From Glaucostegus cemiculus (Eukaryota), in NCBI GenBank assembly GCA_976551045.1, contig CDPCPM010000076.1, forward strand, positions 15,066,001 through 15,130,000: a stretch of DNA of 64,000 bases, read 5' to 3'. Position numbers and translations under genes: made by a program. Positions 39,531 to 51,350 of this stretch are shown here, one piece after another. The notes below the pieces were generated by a model. The model was not told where the DNA came from, did no database searches, and saw only the letters and a program-made list of their open reading frames with translations. Positions within the stretch are counted from its first letter, which is position 1. Each line of letters starts with the position of its first letter.

Positions 39531-40549
39531 CTTTTACTTTCAGTGTTGAAGGGGCTGTGAATGGAGATGAATGCTGTAGAATTACCAATAGTGGAAGGAG
39601 GCTCTTTAATGAATCAGTAGAATAAAGTTGGGCCTCAGTTCTCCTGCTGAGGAACTCATGCTCTGGGGTCTTGGGACTCAGGTTGGACTCACGGCCACTT
39701 ATTGGAGGATGAATAGGACTGCAGTCACTGAATTTCCTCGTGACCCTCTTTGATCTTGGTTTCAATTGTTCATTTGGTGACAGGAGGTATCAAGGACTTT
39801 CATGCTCCTTCTGGCCACACAAAAGATTTCCAGCCGACCAGGCCTGAGCCTCAACACTTCTGTGATTCCTCTAATCCCCACCCAGCTCTTCTGGATAATA
39901 TCACTGCTCCATTCAGCATTGGACATATTGCTTGACCAGCAAGATGACTGATATTAAAATTCAGTTTACCCCCTCATTTTGGCTCGGGTCTCTTAACAGG
40001 AATTTCTACCATCTGTAGAAAGTAGGTGGAGAGCGTGAGAATGAGAATACAAGTATAAGGTTACTTTGAGATCATGAAGTTAAATTCCAACTAGATCATG
40101 CTCTTAGGTCATTAATATCAATGGTCTGGTCTGTTTACCTGTCACAGATAACACAGTTCATGAAGTACTAATACAGCCTCACACTCTGGACTAGGATCTG
40201 AACTTGGATTCTCACAATGAAAGATCAGGATGCTTTCATCACATTTGTTTTCCCTCCAGCAATCTCCCTGTTCTTATTTGTTCATGGAACTGGACAAGTT
40301 TCTTACCAATTTTAAAAAAAATGGGAACATGAGTTGCCTTTTGAGAGACCTTCCTTCTAAATTTCCCAACTTTTTGCTGTATGATGGCATTTCCAAGATC
40401 AAAAGCCCACTGCTCTTCAGCTTGGCACTGATGCTATGTGCTGTAACCTCAGGGTCTTTTCACTTAACACCTTGATGTTAACCAACAACTCTGCACTGAA
40501 GTCCCAAACAGCTGGTGAAGTCAGTAATTTCCATCTCCCTTCCATCCAG

Positions 40550-40681
40550 ATCCAAACACAAGACCACCGTTGAAAGAAAAAGATCCTACCAAAGCACCAG
40601 GTAAAGGCCAAGACAACACAATGAAGAACGTTGTCTCCCTCTGGAAAGAGTCATCTTCAGAAGAGAAATCTGGGAACACAG
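40550..40681 (+). CDS. efnb1: Ephrin-B1 coding exon 4 (extracellular stalk)
   Basis: catccag|AT CCA AAC...AAC ACA G|gtgagg; 132 nt, phase 1-1, no stops. Encodes (D)PNTRPPLKEKDPTKAPGKGQDNTMKNVVSLWKESSSEEKSGNT(A); the DPN start and DNT-x-K match the EFNB1 stalk. Confidence 0.88.
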
Positions 40682-41564
40682 GTGAGGAAGAGACAGCTGC
40701 TAGGATATCTTTCCATAATTCTCTTTTCTGAGGGTAAATATTTTCAGATAATGCCACAGAATAAGTAATAGCAAATAGATTGAAATTATACCTCTGAACT
40801 TTGGGTTTATATCCAATCCAGACCTATGGGACATATGGAATAATTTTCTGATTTCATGTTTCTAGTGGAATGATGCTCCAAACTATCAGTTTCAATGACC
40901 TTAGAATTTAACAGAGCACAGATCCAGATTTTTGGTTATATGCTTCCAGTGGGTGAACTTAGCATGAATTCAGAAAATTATTCCCAAAGAATCCTCTGTT
41001 GGCTCAGTAGTTTGTATGAGATATGAAACTGGACAATTATAATACAATCCCATCAGAATAATAACATCTTTCACCTTTGAGAATCCACCCCCAAGAAAGA
41101 TCTAAAAAGTGAATGCCATTCTCTCCTCTTTTCCCCAAAGGGTCTGTGCATCTATCAGTCTCCTTGGTTAGACCTTCCCCCCTTCCACATTGTTTGAATC
41201 AGAACTGAATCTATCACTGTCTCATGGAATGCCTGTGGGGGAGGAGGAGTCTGGAATCAGGCTACAGGAAGGCTGTTTCCTTGACTAGTCTGTTGCATCC
41301 ATTATCAAACTCTGCATGAAGCAGCTAAATCTAAACAGTCTGTTCACTTTCCCTCTTCTTCTGATTTTTGAGCCAGTGCCCCTGGATATGAAGTTAGTAA
41401 TTATGTCAAACAACTCATTCTATGCCCTATAAAACAATCAATAGAGTTTCTCTCCTCAATCCTTTAGCTTTGTGTACACAGTTCTCAATTTCCTTAGTCA
41501 GTGTGTTTAGAATGCCACGTAGAGCTTATGGACATTACAAAGACTGAAAGGAGTAAGAGAGGTT

Positions 41565-41975
41565 ACTTGCAGAATGTTTCACATGACACCTTTCACATTC
41601 TCAGGATGCCTCAAACCTGTAACAAAAAAACAGTTCACAGCCAAAAAATAATCTTTGTATGTTATTACTGTTGTTTAATCACCAAGTTGTACAGCGGTCT
41701 CACAAGCAGCAAATGAGGTGAATGCTTAGCTTTCTGTATGCATCGATAAAGTTGGCCAGGACCTGCGTGAAGCTTCCTCTTCAACGTGAAGTAACATTTA
41801 AATCTGCTCTGTCCACCTGAATTGGTAGACAAGGTTGAATACCTCATGGAAGAAGCCAGCACCTGACCCATTCCCTCAACATAGCCCATCAGTTTAGGTT
41901 ATGTGCCTATTCTTTTAATGGAGCTTCAACCAGTTTCAGAGAAAGGTGTTTTCACAGGGCCACGCTGACACCTGG
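41565..41975 (-). mobile_element. DeuSINE (SacSINE1-like), old
   Basis: cacctttcacattctcaggatgcctcaaa...gataaagttggccaggac...gtccacctga...cacagggccacgctgacac. Confidence 0.6.
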
Positions 41976-43442
41976 ATTGGAAAGGGTTAGTAGCTAAAAA
42001 TAAAGAATTTTCTTTTAAGAAAAGCATTCTGGCAACCACTTTGGTGCAGTGACAGTATTGATGATCTTGGAAAATTGCGCCAAGGTAGTTTTACAGAGAG
42101 AAAAAGAAGCTAAGAAGTGTTATGTAAGAAATAGGAGCAGGAGTAAGCCATTCAGCCCCTTGAGCCATTGTTTGGAATTGACTTAAAGGTCCATCTAAAA
42201 TGTGAACTTTCTGAAAGGAAATGGTGTGATAGAAGAAAAGCTCCAGTAGGTAATTCATGAGTGTAAATTTTAATATCTTCCCCACCTCCTAAGCAGTAGG
42301 CTGTACAGAAAGGAAACAGTGGTAGAAGCTTCACACTGGATAAAAGTCCTTGATGTAAAATCTGCTTGATTTTCCTTCCACTTATTTCAACAGATTGAAA
42401 ATTAGGCAGGCTATGTTATGGTTGTCTAATTCTCTCTACAATTTTTTTTCCCCGAGTTTTTCCCAGGCAATTCTATGTAGTCAGACTGGAGAACAAATTC
42501 TGCCCAAAGGTGACTAAAAGCTCCCTAGTAAGGTGAATGAATTATGCATTGTGCAATGCTGATGAAATGCACCATGGCCACCATCCAGGTTGAACCCAGC
42601 TACTGAGTACCAGCAGGCTTTTCAAATGTGGTGTGGGATCTTCACAGCGGAGACTGATTCCCATCTCCCCAGGAACCACCTGCACATCCTTTTAATCCAT
42701 GGTTATTTAATAGAAATTAAGAATTAGAAATCCTGGTTGGTTTGTGATTTTTTTCCCCTGTTCTTCACTTGAACATTAAGATTATTTGTGGAATACCAAC
42801 AGCCCCACAAGCTGAGATCATTTAGTTCAACATAAACCAGGTATCAAAACTAATTTGAAAACCTCTTAATTAACCATTTACAAGGCAGGACTGAATTAAA
42901 ATCTGGATTGATCCATTTTGCCCACATTCAAAGCGTAGGAGATTACCATTGTGTGATAATAGTGTTGCATACAGATTAGGTTAGACTTGTTTTCATCTTG
43001 GCAGGAGTTGGATCCCATGGGATCTGATTTGGATTGCAATGGATTGAAAGTTTCCTTAACAAATAAATTTTGCACGAAATGATTCAGCAGCACCCTGCTT
43101 ACTTGTCTTTAAAGAAGCCAATCCTAATAATAGGGGAAATATTCCAAAAACAAATGACATTAATTAAAAATTTAGAGTGCTTCATCAGCATTTCCTTTGT
43201 GCTGTTATTTGTCTTGCATCTGTCTTGCTCTCTTTCTGTCTCTCACTTTCTATTTTATGCATTGTATTGAACTTATTTAGAATTACCCTTCACAGCTTCA
43301 CATGGGAATAATTCAGATTTTTGTTTTAATCTACTCCCCCCTCTCTCATTCTGTAATTTGGCCACTTTTGTTTTATGAATCGTTACCCCTCTGAAGGTAT
43401 GGGAAAGAGACCCAGGCATTCAGTGACTTATGCTGTAGATGA

Positions 43443-43444
<2 letters not shown>

Positions 43445-43512
<68 letters not shown>
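43445..43512 (+). repeat. (TG)34 microsatellite in the last efnb1 intron
   Basis: Perfect dinucleotide run, 68 bp. Confidence 0.98.
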
Positions 43513-43513
<1 letters not shown>

Positions 43514-44138
43514 TAGAGAATGCATATTCTCAACATGTCCTCTGTACTCCCTCCTGTTTTGAAGGTGTGAGTTAGGATTGTGTGTAACAGCTGCTCACAA
43601 ATGGTAAATTATGAGAACTGTATACATTCCCTCTTTCAGCCTTTGCCAATGCTTTTTAAGTTTTCTATCTAGGTCACATTTGGAGCCAGATGTACGGCAG
43701 CCACACCACAATTTCCACAGCACAGGGCTGGCAGTTCATAAGTTTGTTGACATTGTATATTCTAAACTCCATGTGGGGTGAGTGAAGGCAACATTATGCC
43801 TCACCACTGCTCAAGCACAGAGTGAACAATCTGTACATCTGCTAGTGGCCACTGGGCTGCTAGAGTTGTGCAAGAAATTCAAGAGATGATCAGAGAAAAA
43901 AAATCAGTAAAGGATAGAGTCTATCCTTTTCAAAGTTATTTGGTAGCAAGCAAAGTTCAACAACTCCATATCCTTGACATTCAGGCCATTATCCAAAATC
44001 CAAACCAAATGTGCAGTTTTGTAAACCTTTGCTTTGCCTTGATGATTTTCTGGGAATTAGCCTAGGGTATCTCTTGAATTGAACTGAACCACTGATTAGA
44101 ACCTCAAAGCTTACTTTATTCCTTTTCTCTTTCCACAG

Positions 44139-44524
44139 CAACCGATAGTCAGATTAAAGACAAGCTGAACAACAGCGAAGGAATCTTCGGCTCCAAAATG
44201 GCACTCTTCGCAGCAATTGGAGCAGGTTGCATCATTTTTATCCTCATCATCATCTTCCTTGTGGTCCTCTTAATAAAGTTTAGAAAGCGACATAGGAAGA
44301 GTTCCCAGCAGAGGTCAGCAGTTCTTTCCCTCAACACATTGGCCAGCCCAAAGTGTAGTGGAAATAGTGGCTCAGAACCCAGTGACATCATAATTCCGCT
44401 GAGGACTAATGACAACAACTACTGTCCTCACTATGAAAAAGTTAGTGGTGACTATGGCCATCCAGTGTACATTGTTCAAGAGATGCCTCCACAGAGCCCT
44501 GCAAATATCTACTATAAGGTTTGA
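44139..44524 (+). CDS. efnb1: Ephrin-B1 last coding exon (transmembrane helix, cytoplasmic tail, PDZ-binding YKV)
   Basis: ttttctctttccacag|CA ACC GAT...; (A)[33 protein letters not shown]...[65 protein letters not shown] and NNYCPHY are B1-type (B2 has ALFAGIASG and SVFCPHY). Confidence 0.98.
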
Positions 44525-46197
44525 CATCCAAGACACAAGAGAATTTGGAGTGTTGCCTGGCCTGCTTAATGATATCTAAAGCTTCTCCCAAAACGTACCG
44601 ACTTACCATATACAAAATGTCTCTGGGAGAGTATAGATAAAACTATGACAGTGGCCATCAAGGAAGATTTCAGTATTAAGTTCAGCAAACTTGTGTTTTA
44701 AAAAAAAAGAGAAAAAAGAAAAAAAAAGAAAAATGGAAGATGACTTTTTCTTTGCTCCAAAGGAGGCTGAAGAATGGCTGTTCCCGATAGGCCAGGATCT
44801 TAACTCCTTTGTTTTGTTTTTCATACAGCCATTCCCTCAGTATGTAAAAGGCTTGAAAGAGGGATGAACATACAACATCTCTCCCTCTTCTATCTTCTAT
44901 TTCCAAATGCAAGAAAGGTTTGAAATGAAGCAAGAAGATGAAAGCCTCTACGTTTTGAGTTGTGAGGAGAAGCCTTGGTTTAAATGCCAAACAGGGGACA
45001 CCTCCAAACAGACTGAGGATTATGAAGCAGTTGGTTCTCTGTGGTACAGGGGACTTGGAGCTGCTTCAAATATTTTTTTGAACTCCAACTGCTCAGGTGA
45101 TGAGACTTGCGACGCAAAAACTCTTGATGTGGGTGGGAGTGGGGATGCTGGGGGAAAGGATATTTCATGTTTTCTTTGCCTGCTCATTTGAGTTACTCCC
45201 CACTCCATCTTGTTTCTCAACTTTTGATTAAATGATATGTTTTTGATGTATTGTGATCTATGTAAATTATAAACATACTTATCAATCTATTAGTTTATAT
45301 ACAAATCCAGCTTTTACCTTTCCCCAACTCCTTTTTGAAAATATTTTGTCAAGAAGTGCATAAGTGATTAGCAAAGAAATGCCAGATGAACTTTGGCAAT
45401 TGGGGCATAATTGATTGCTAGTTGGTCTTAAGGTTAGCCTAGTTAATGTCCAGCCTAGGATTTGTACTTGTGTTGTTGGGGTTTGCCCCAGTTGGCCTGG
45501 GCTTGCCTGGTAGAGGTATGCAAGAAATGATCAACTTCCAGGAATGCAGTATTTGTTGATGGTGTCCAGCTAGCCCAGACTCTGCCATTCAGTTCTATGA
45601 AATAACTGAGTTGTAATTTTGCTTTCTGTTTCAAAGTGTATAAAGCAGCAAGATGGCAGGGCAATTTTAAGGGAGAGAAATATTTACTTTTTTCTTCCCA
45701 GGTATAGTCACAGGCCCATCATGATATACAGTGGTGTAGGGTGCCGATGTGCTAGCAGACTCTCCAGTTGGGAGTGGGTTTACTATTCTGAGTTTGCCTA
45801 CAAGGGCCCCCAATGAGCAGGAATTGGTCTTTACCAACTGGTTTGAGGGAGCAGGTTCTTCATTGTCCTTCAGAACATGCAGATAGATGAAGACGATATG
45901 AAAGGCCTCAAGCTCATGGCTTGGAGTGAATGCCATCAACCCTGGTGTTATGCAAGATTCATTCAAATGGGAGCTCTTTCTTGAATTTTAGTCCAGTGGG
46001 CAAGTATTTGAGCCTGGCTAGCTCTGGTTTCTTGCAGCTGCAGCAGAAACTGCTGATAGCTCCAGGAACTTTCATGAAAACTTTAATGGTAGGAGGTTGT
46101 TCAATGGCTCAGTGGACAATTAAGTTTCATACTTCAAAATTGGTTAATTCTTCTTTCCACTTCCCCACTTATTGAGGGAGTTTAATGTCATACAGAA

Positions 46198-46211
46198 AAT
46201 AAATAAATAAA
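46198..46211 (+). terminator. Candidate efnb1 polyadenylation signal (three overlapping AATAAA)
   Basis: aataaataaataaa ~1.7 kb after the stop, followed by U/GU-rich sequence. A weaker ATTAAA lies at 45227. Confidence 0.45.
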
Positions 46212-49200
46212 ACTTTGGCTTGTCCAGCGAACATCTTTCTCTGCTGCAACATTTGTGTGTCTCAGTTTACTATGATCAGTGCCCCTCTAAACTTTCTTCA
46301 ATTGTTTCCCCTAAGTTTCCAATGCTTTGTCCAACATATACCGTCTTCCCTTGCCAGCCACCCTCTCCCAATCTTCTTCCCAACTCACTGGCAAAAAAAA
46401 TACTTATAGTTTGATTGCCACATAACCCATCATATCACTTGGAGCTGAGATGGACATGGTGGTTTGGTTTCGATTAGACTGATGTGTCGGTCTCCCATTT
46501 GGTAAGAAAATCTCAACAAATGCTCATGCTCCACTTTTTCTGACCTATTATAATCCATTGATAGTAAATGAACAGCATATCAGGGAATGATATTGAGCAT
46601 ATGACAGAAGGTTCCACTGAAAGCAACACCTTTCCAATGTTATACTATTTTTATTTCTATTCTTCAGCACTTTTATTTTTTTTTCTATTTGTTATCTGAG
46701 AAGTTTGATGATATCCAATACAAAAAAACTTGCAGTAAAAAAAATAACACCCATGCAGCATAAGAAAATGTTTTTAAAAACTAGGATCAATGAGGTGACA
46801 GTGTAGATAACAAGATTTTCTAAGTATAGCAACACTCTGATATCCAATCAAGATACCAAGGTCTGAAAGACATTAAAGATGATGAGAGAAAACGCGTCAG
46901 TAGATGACATAACAGAGGTCAAAAATTCTCTTCCTTTCCCTTCCCAGAAGAATCAGGCAAACCTCTTACATTCTGAGATGGAGACAATGTTGTAAGAGAA
47001 TAAAGAAAGAGTTGAAAATATGCTCAGGGCAGTGTGGGTGCCTGGAGGCACTGCCAGTGAAATAACTAGTTCAGTTACTATATTTGATAAAACTTTCCAG
47101 CAAGAGCCACTGTCTAAAAATCATACTTGAGTGGCAAAGTCTGCATTTTTGTGGGATAAAAATAGACTGAGGATCTCTCAGCAGGAGAGGCCTGAGAAAA
47201 TGGTCTTTTCAAAAAGTCTTTAGAAAGTACACCAAAAGTTAGAATATTCTTTAAAACAATGGTATGTGCGCACTTTGAGTCATGTTTTATTTATCGAGAT
47301 GGTGTCTGAGTTGGGTTCTGAAATGTGGCCAGAATACAAGCATTGAAATGGATACTGTCTACTCTCTGATTGAATCAGTTTCAGATAAAAGCCTATTTTG
47401 AAAAATGTTGATTAGTTACAGGTTTGAAAGGTTTTCCACACTACTCTGATTCCTATCCTGATGCAATTAGATACTGACGGGCCCATTTGTTCCAGGACAG
47501 GTGATCCATTTGATTGGCTGAATGACAAAAATTTGCTGAATGAAAAACAATTAATGAACACTCCTTCCTTACAAACACAGCTGGTATAAGGCAAAGGACT
47601 GCTGGATGTATAGATATACAGCATTGCAATGTGCAATTGGATAAAGATACAATAATGAATGAAACAGACCTACAGTACAGATGTAGATGCACAAACAGAC
47701 ATTCACATACAAGTATATAACATTATTTGATATTATTGCTCACATAGATTGGCATTTTTTAACATTACATGCACATGAAGATAAGGTCTGTGCACATGAA
47801 TATATGCAGAATGGGAACATGTGATTTCCTACATCCATATCTCGACAATTGCCCCCTGCCCTCAAGTAGTTGGAGCAGCCAACAATGACTCGGGGAATGT
47901 GACTGATTAGTAAATCATGTCAATTGAACAAGTTTGTGTTGCACTGGGTTGTCAAGTTTCCAGAGTGTCACATCATGAGTTGGAAGTGATCACAATCACA
48001 CCACTCCAGCAAAAGTACATTTCCCATCACATAACACTGAAAGAAACAGCAATATACAATTGAATTTCTGGGCATTGATATCTGAATAAGAAGTAAGTGG
48101 GAATTCTATTTACAAATTTGGACCCAGTTCCACAGCTTCAGATTGCATTTATTCATTCATTGTGTTTGAGTTATCAGCTTATGCCATAGTGTGAACAATT
48201 TTATGCTTTTGTCAAATCACATTTAAGCTCATGCCCTCTCCCCATAGCCCCACTGTAAATCCTTTGTAAACAAGATACATGCTGAGAGGTCCCAGGCTAT
48301 GTAATACATTGTTATGGAAGAGGTCAATTCATTTCATCTGTGTTTTATTCAGTTATTGCCTTTCCTCCACTCTTCATCCTGGAGTGCATCATGTAATTTA
48401 CAGTTGGCATCTCTGGTAATCAAGCTGAGATGAGGAATTTAGCATTAGGACAGATACTTCTCCCCTGTTATTTGATCTTCTGGGAGGTTTCCTAAAGGTG
48501 GTAGTGCAACCTTCCAAATCCAAAATCTACAAACTGCTCGTTCTCAGATTGGAGCTGGATTGAGGGAACTTTAAGAATTTAATTTTATCCTTGTAAATGT
48601 TTCATTCGATGCAAGCATTTTATTTGTCCTCTATACTTTTCCTTCATCCTGTATTGTCATGTTAATGAAATGGAAACTTGTTACAGCCCCTTCTTGTTTC
48701 CCTCATTATTTCTCAGTACTTAAAAAAAAAGAATTTCTAATTCCTTCATCCATATTTCCTTCCCCAATCCCCAGTTCTTAACAATTATGTTCAGTGTCAC
48801 TGATTTATTTTGCCTTCTCTATCCAACATATAACCTGAAATGAAATTTCCAAGAAAATTACGTACTAAATTGAATCATTCTGAGCAATAACCAGATACAA
48901 CAGAGAGCAGATACCAAAGGTTCTCTTGCATCTTTGCATCTTGTTAATAAGACAAGCTTACTAAAGCCCAAATGTTGACTGCATTCAGTGCATTAAAGTT
49001 AATCTAGTAGGACAAGGCATGAGGTGGAGTAATCTTGTGATGTTTCCTCCCACTGACCAATACCACCAAGGTGTCTCTTTAAATCAGTCAGCAACCACAG
49101 AGCTTTGTGGTCTGCCCTTGAAGTGAATACTCAGGGCGACACAGAATCAACCACAAGATAAAAATAGTTCTTGCCATCGGATACTAACGATCATGGAGTG

Positions 49201-50394
49201 ACTCTTCAACAATGATATGGTGGTGTTCAAAAAGTGGCAGCACTGTTAAAAGAATTAAACCCTCTTCCCTGATAGCCAGGTTAATGTAACCTTTCTTCTA
49301 CTTTTCTACTCACGCCCTGCTAAGACACCAGTAAGCTTTCAGCATCATGTCTTAGTACACATTTGTCACCCGTGTGTTAATCAGCTATTTAGTTGCAGAG
49401 GATTGCGGCTGGAGTTTCTAGACTGAGGCACTAGATAATAATCCTGAGTGACGTTAGTGACTGATATTGTCTCACCTTCTGGACCCATGCTGCTGAAACC
49501 AATTCTAGCATCCCTACTGACAGATCAACTAACTCCACACAGACCACCAAAGGGCCCTTGATCTCTACCACATTAAGACATTATCACAGAACCCAACAGA
49601 ACATATTTAGAATTTGTAACAATATTTCAGGTGGCTCCCCTTTCCACCTCCAACCATAACCATGCACAATAGAAGGGTCCAAGGTAGAATTTATAGATTA
49701 TTTAGTCCAACTCATTACAATATAGAAAACAGGAGGTCCAAATTTTTAACTAGTATCTCAGGCGTGCTGTTTTTCATCAAGGATGCTTGAAAGACCAAAG
49801 CTCACAGAGGCAGGCTCATACATTGAAATCTGATGGTAACAGGCATGTACAGATGTAATGTTAGAGAGGAATGGCAGATACAAAGACCTATGAAAGTTTT
49901 GTGGGGAGAAGTGAAATGATAGTTTGCAACTGTTTCAAGTATGAAGGCGCTGATAACCTAGGCAAATTGCCCCTCTTGACAAAGTCATGAAAATTCAGCT
50001 GTGATTGCTAATCATAAGTTATTTGAAGAGATGGATAGATACCATCCAGCATAACCATCAGCACACACTAACTTTTAATCCCATCAATAAAATGCAATTT
50101 ATAGTACATAAAATGATGCATTCCTGCCCAGGAATCTTAAAATTAACTTCAAATGGTTTGCCGATTGGGATAATGGGATGGACGTACAATTTCATAACAT
50201 GAATCAACTTGAGTTAGAGGTGGTTTATTTCAACATGAAGACCAAAACACACCACTGACCTTATGATAACTTTAATGACTTCACTTAGATTAGCATAATG
50301 CTTACATTTTTTTATAACAGAACAACAAATACACACAATGAATTATGAGGCTGGCATGTGGTTGAAATGTTATAAAGGTATATGGGTATACAGT

Positions 50395-50900
50395 ATAGAT
50401 ACAGCAACCAAAATGCAGGTCAAGTCACTCCTTCCTGTTCTGCCCTCTATGCCCTTTACCCATGTGTATGTACCAAGCCTCCCTTTGAATATGTTATTGC
50501 TCTCTGCACAATCATTTCATGTGGCAGCGGTTCCATAGTTTCACCACACTTTGTAAAGCAACACCTCCACAATTTGTTTTTCTGTGGCTATCTTAAAATT
50601 ATGCCTTCTTGCACTGAGCTCACTCACAAGTAGTATCAGATTCTCAACTCTATTCTATCAAATCCCTTCATGCTTTTAAATACCTCTATTTTCCAGAGCA
50701 ATGAACTTCCGACTGTTGAGTATTTCCTGATTTTTGGAACTTTTCAATTATAACAACAGCCTTGTCAGACTTTTTATCTTGGTTTCCTTCTTTGAAGTAT
50801 GAAAAGGAGAATTGTACATGGCATGCCAGGTGTGGTCTAACCAAGGGTCTGTATAAATTCAACATTACCTTCCTGCTTTTGTATTGTTCTTAAAATAAAC
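50395..50900 (-). mobile_element. Decayed CR1 LINE 3' fragment
   Basis: ggcagcggttccatagtttcaccacactttgtaaag...ccaggtgtggtctaaccaagg is typical reverse-complement CR1 3' sequence. Confidence 0.65.
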
Positions 50901-51039
50901 ACTTTATTGCTTTGTGATTGAGCATAGTGGGAGTTTATTCTTCTTCAATTAACCCTACTCCTCTGCTCTTTCTCCCAATCAGCCTTTTGGATCAGAATCC
51001 AGCCATATCTTAAACAGTTATTCCTCCACCATTAGCCCA

Positions 51040-51350
51040 GCGTAGCTCCCATGCATATCAGCTATGGTATATATTGCAACTACAGGCCAAAGCTTCCTTG
51101 ACAGCACCTCTAAAATCCATAGCTTAATGCCTGGCAAGGGAGGGGTTGCAAATGCATGAGCAGCAAGTGCATTGGTGCACACTAAATCCAGACACCCCCC
51201 CCCCCCCCCCCCACCACCCCCCAGTCCACTTAGGAAATATATTACTCAGGTAGACAAGCAACAGCATTGTGGGAGAACCTTCACCACATGGACTGTTCAA
51301 GAAATGCAGTTTCATCACTTTTTTAAGCAACCAGGATGAATAAATAAAAG
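51040..51350 (+). mobile_element. CR1/L2-group LINE 3' fragment with internal poly-C run (51195-51222)
   Basis: cttccttgacagcacctc...caacagcattgtgggagaaccttcaccacatggactgttcaag. Confidence 0.6.

Noticed and set aside
42540-42860. Possible LF-SINE-like ancient SINE (similar stretches at ~1600-1790, ~21090-21300 and ~49390-49570)
   Set aside because: Looks repeat-like but is too decayed to assign a family or boundaries by eye.
43375-43575. Cys-Val repeat peptide
   Set aside because: Translation of the (TG)34 microsatellite.
44149-44418. 89-aa antisense ORF over the efnb1 last exon
   Set aside because: Shadow ORF of the real coding strand.
44198-44524. Stand-alone 108-aa protein starting at ATG 44198
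   Set aside because: This Met is internal; the frame is open back to the splice acceptor at 44139.
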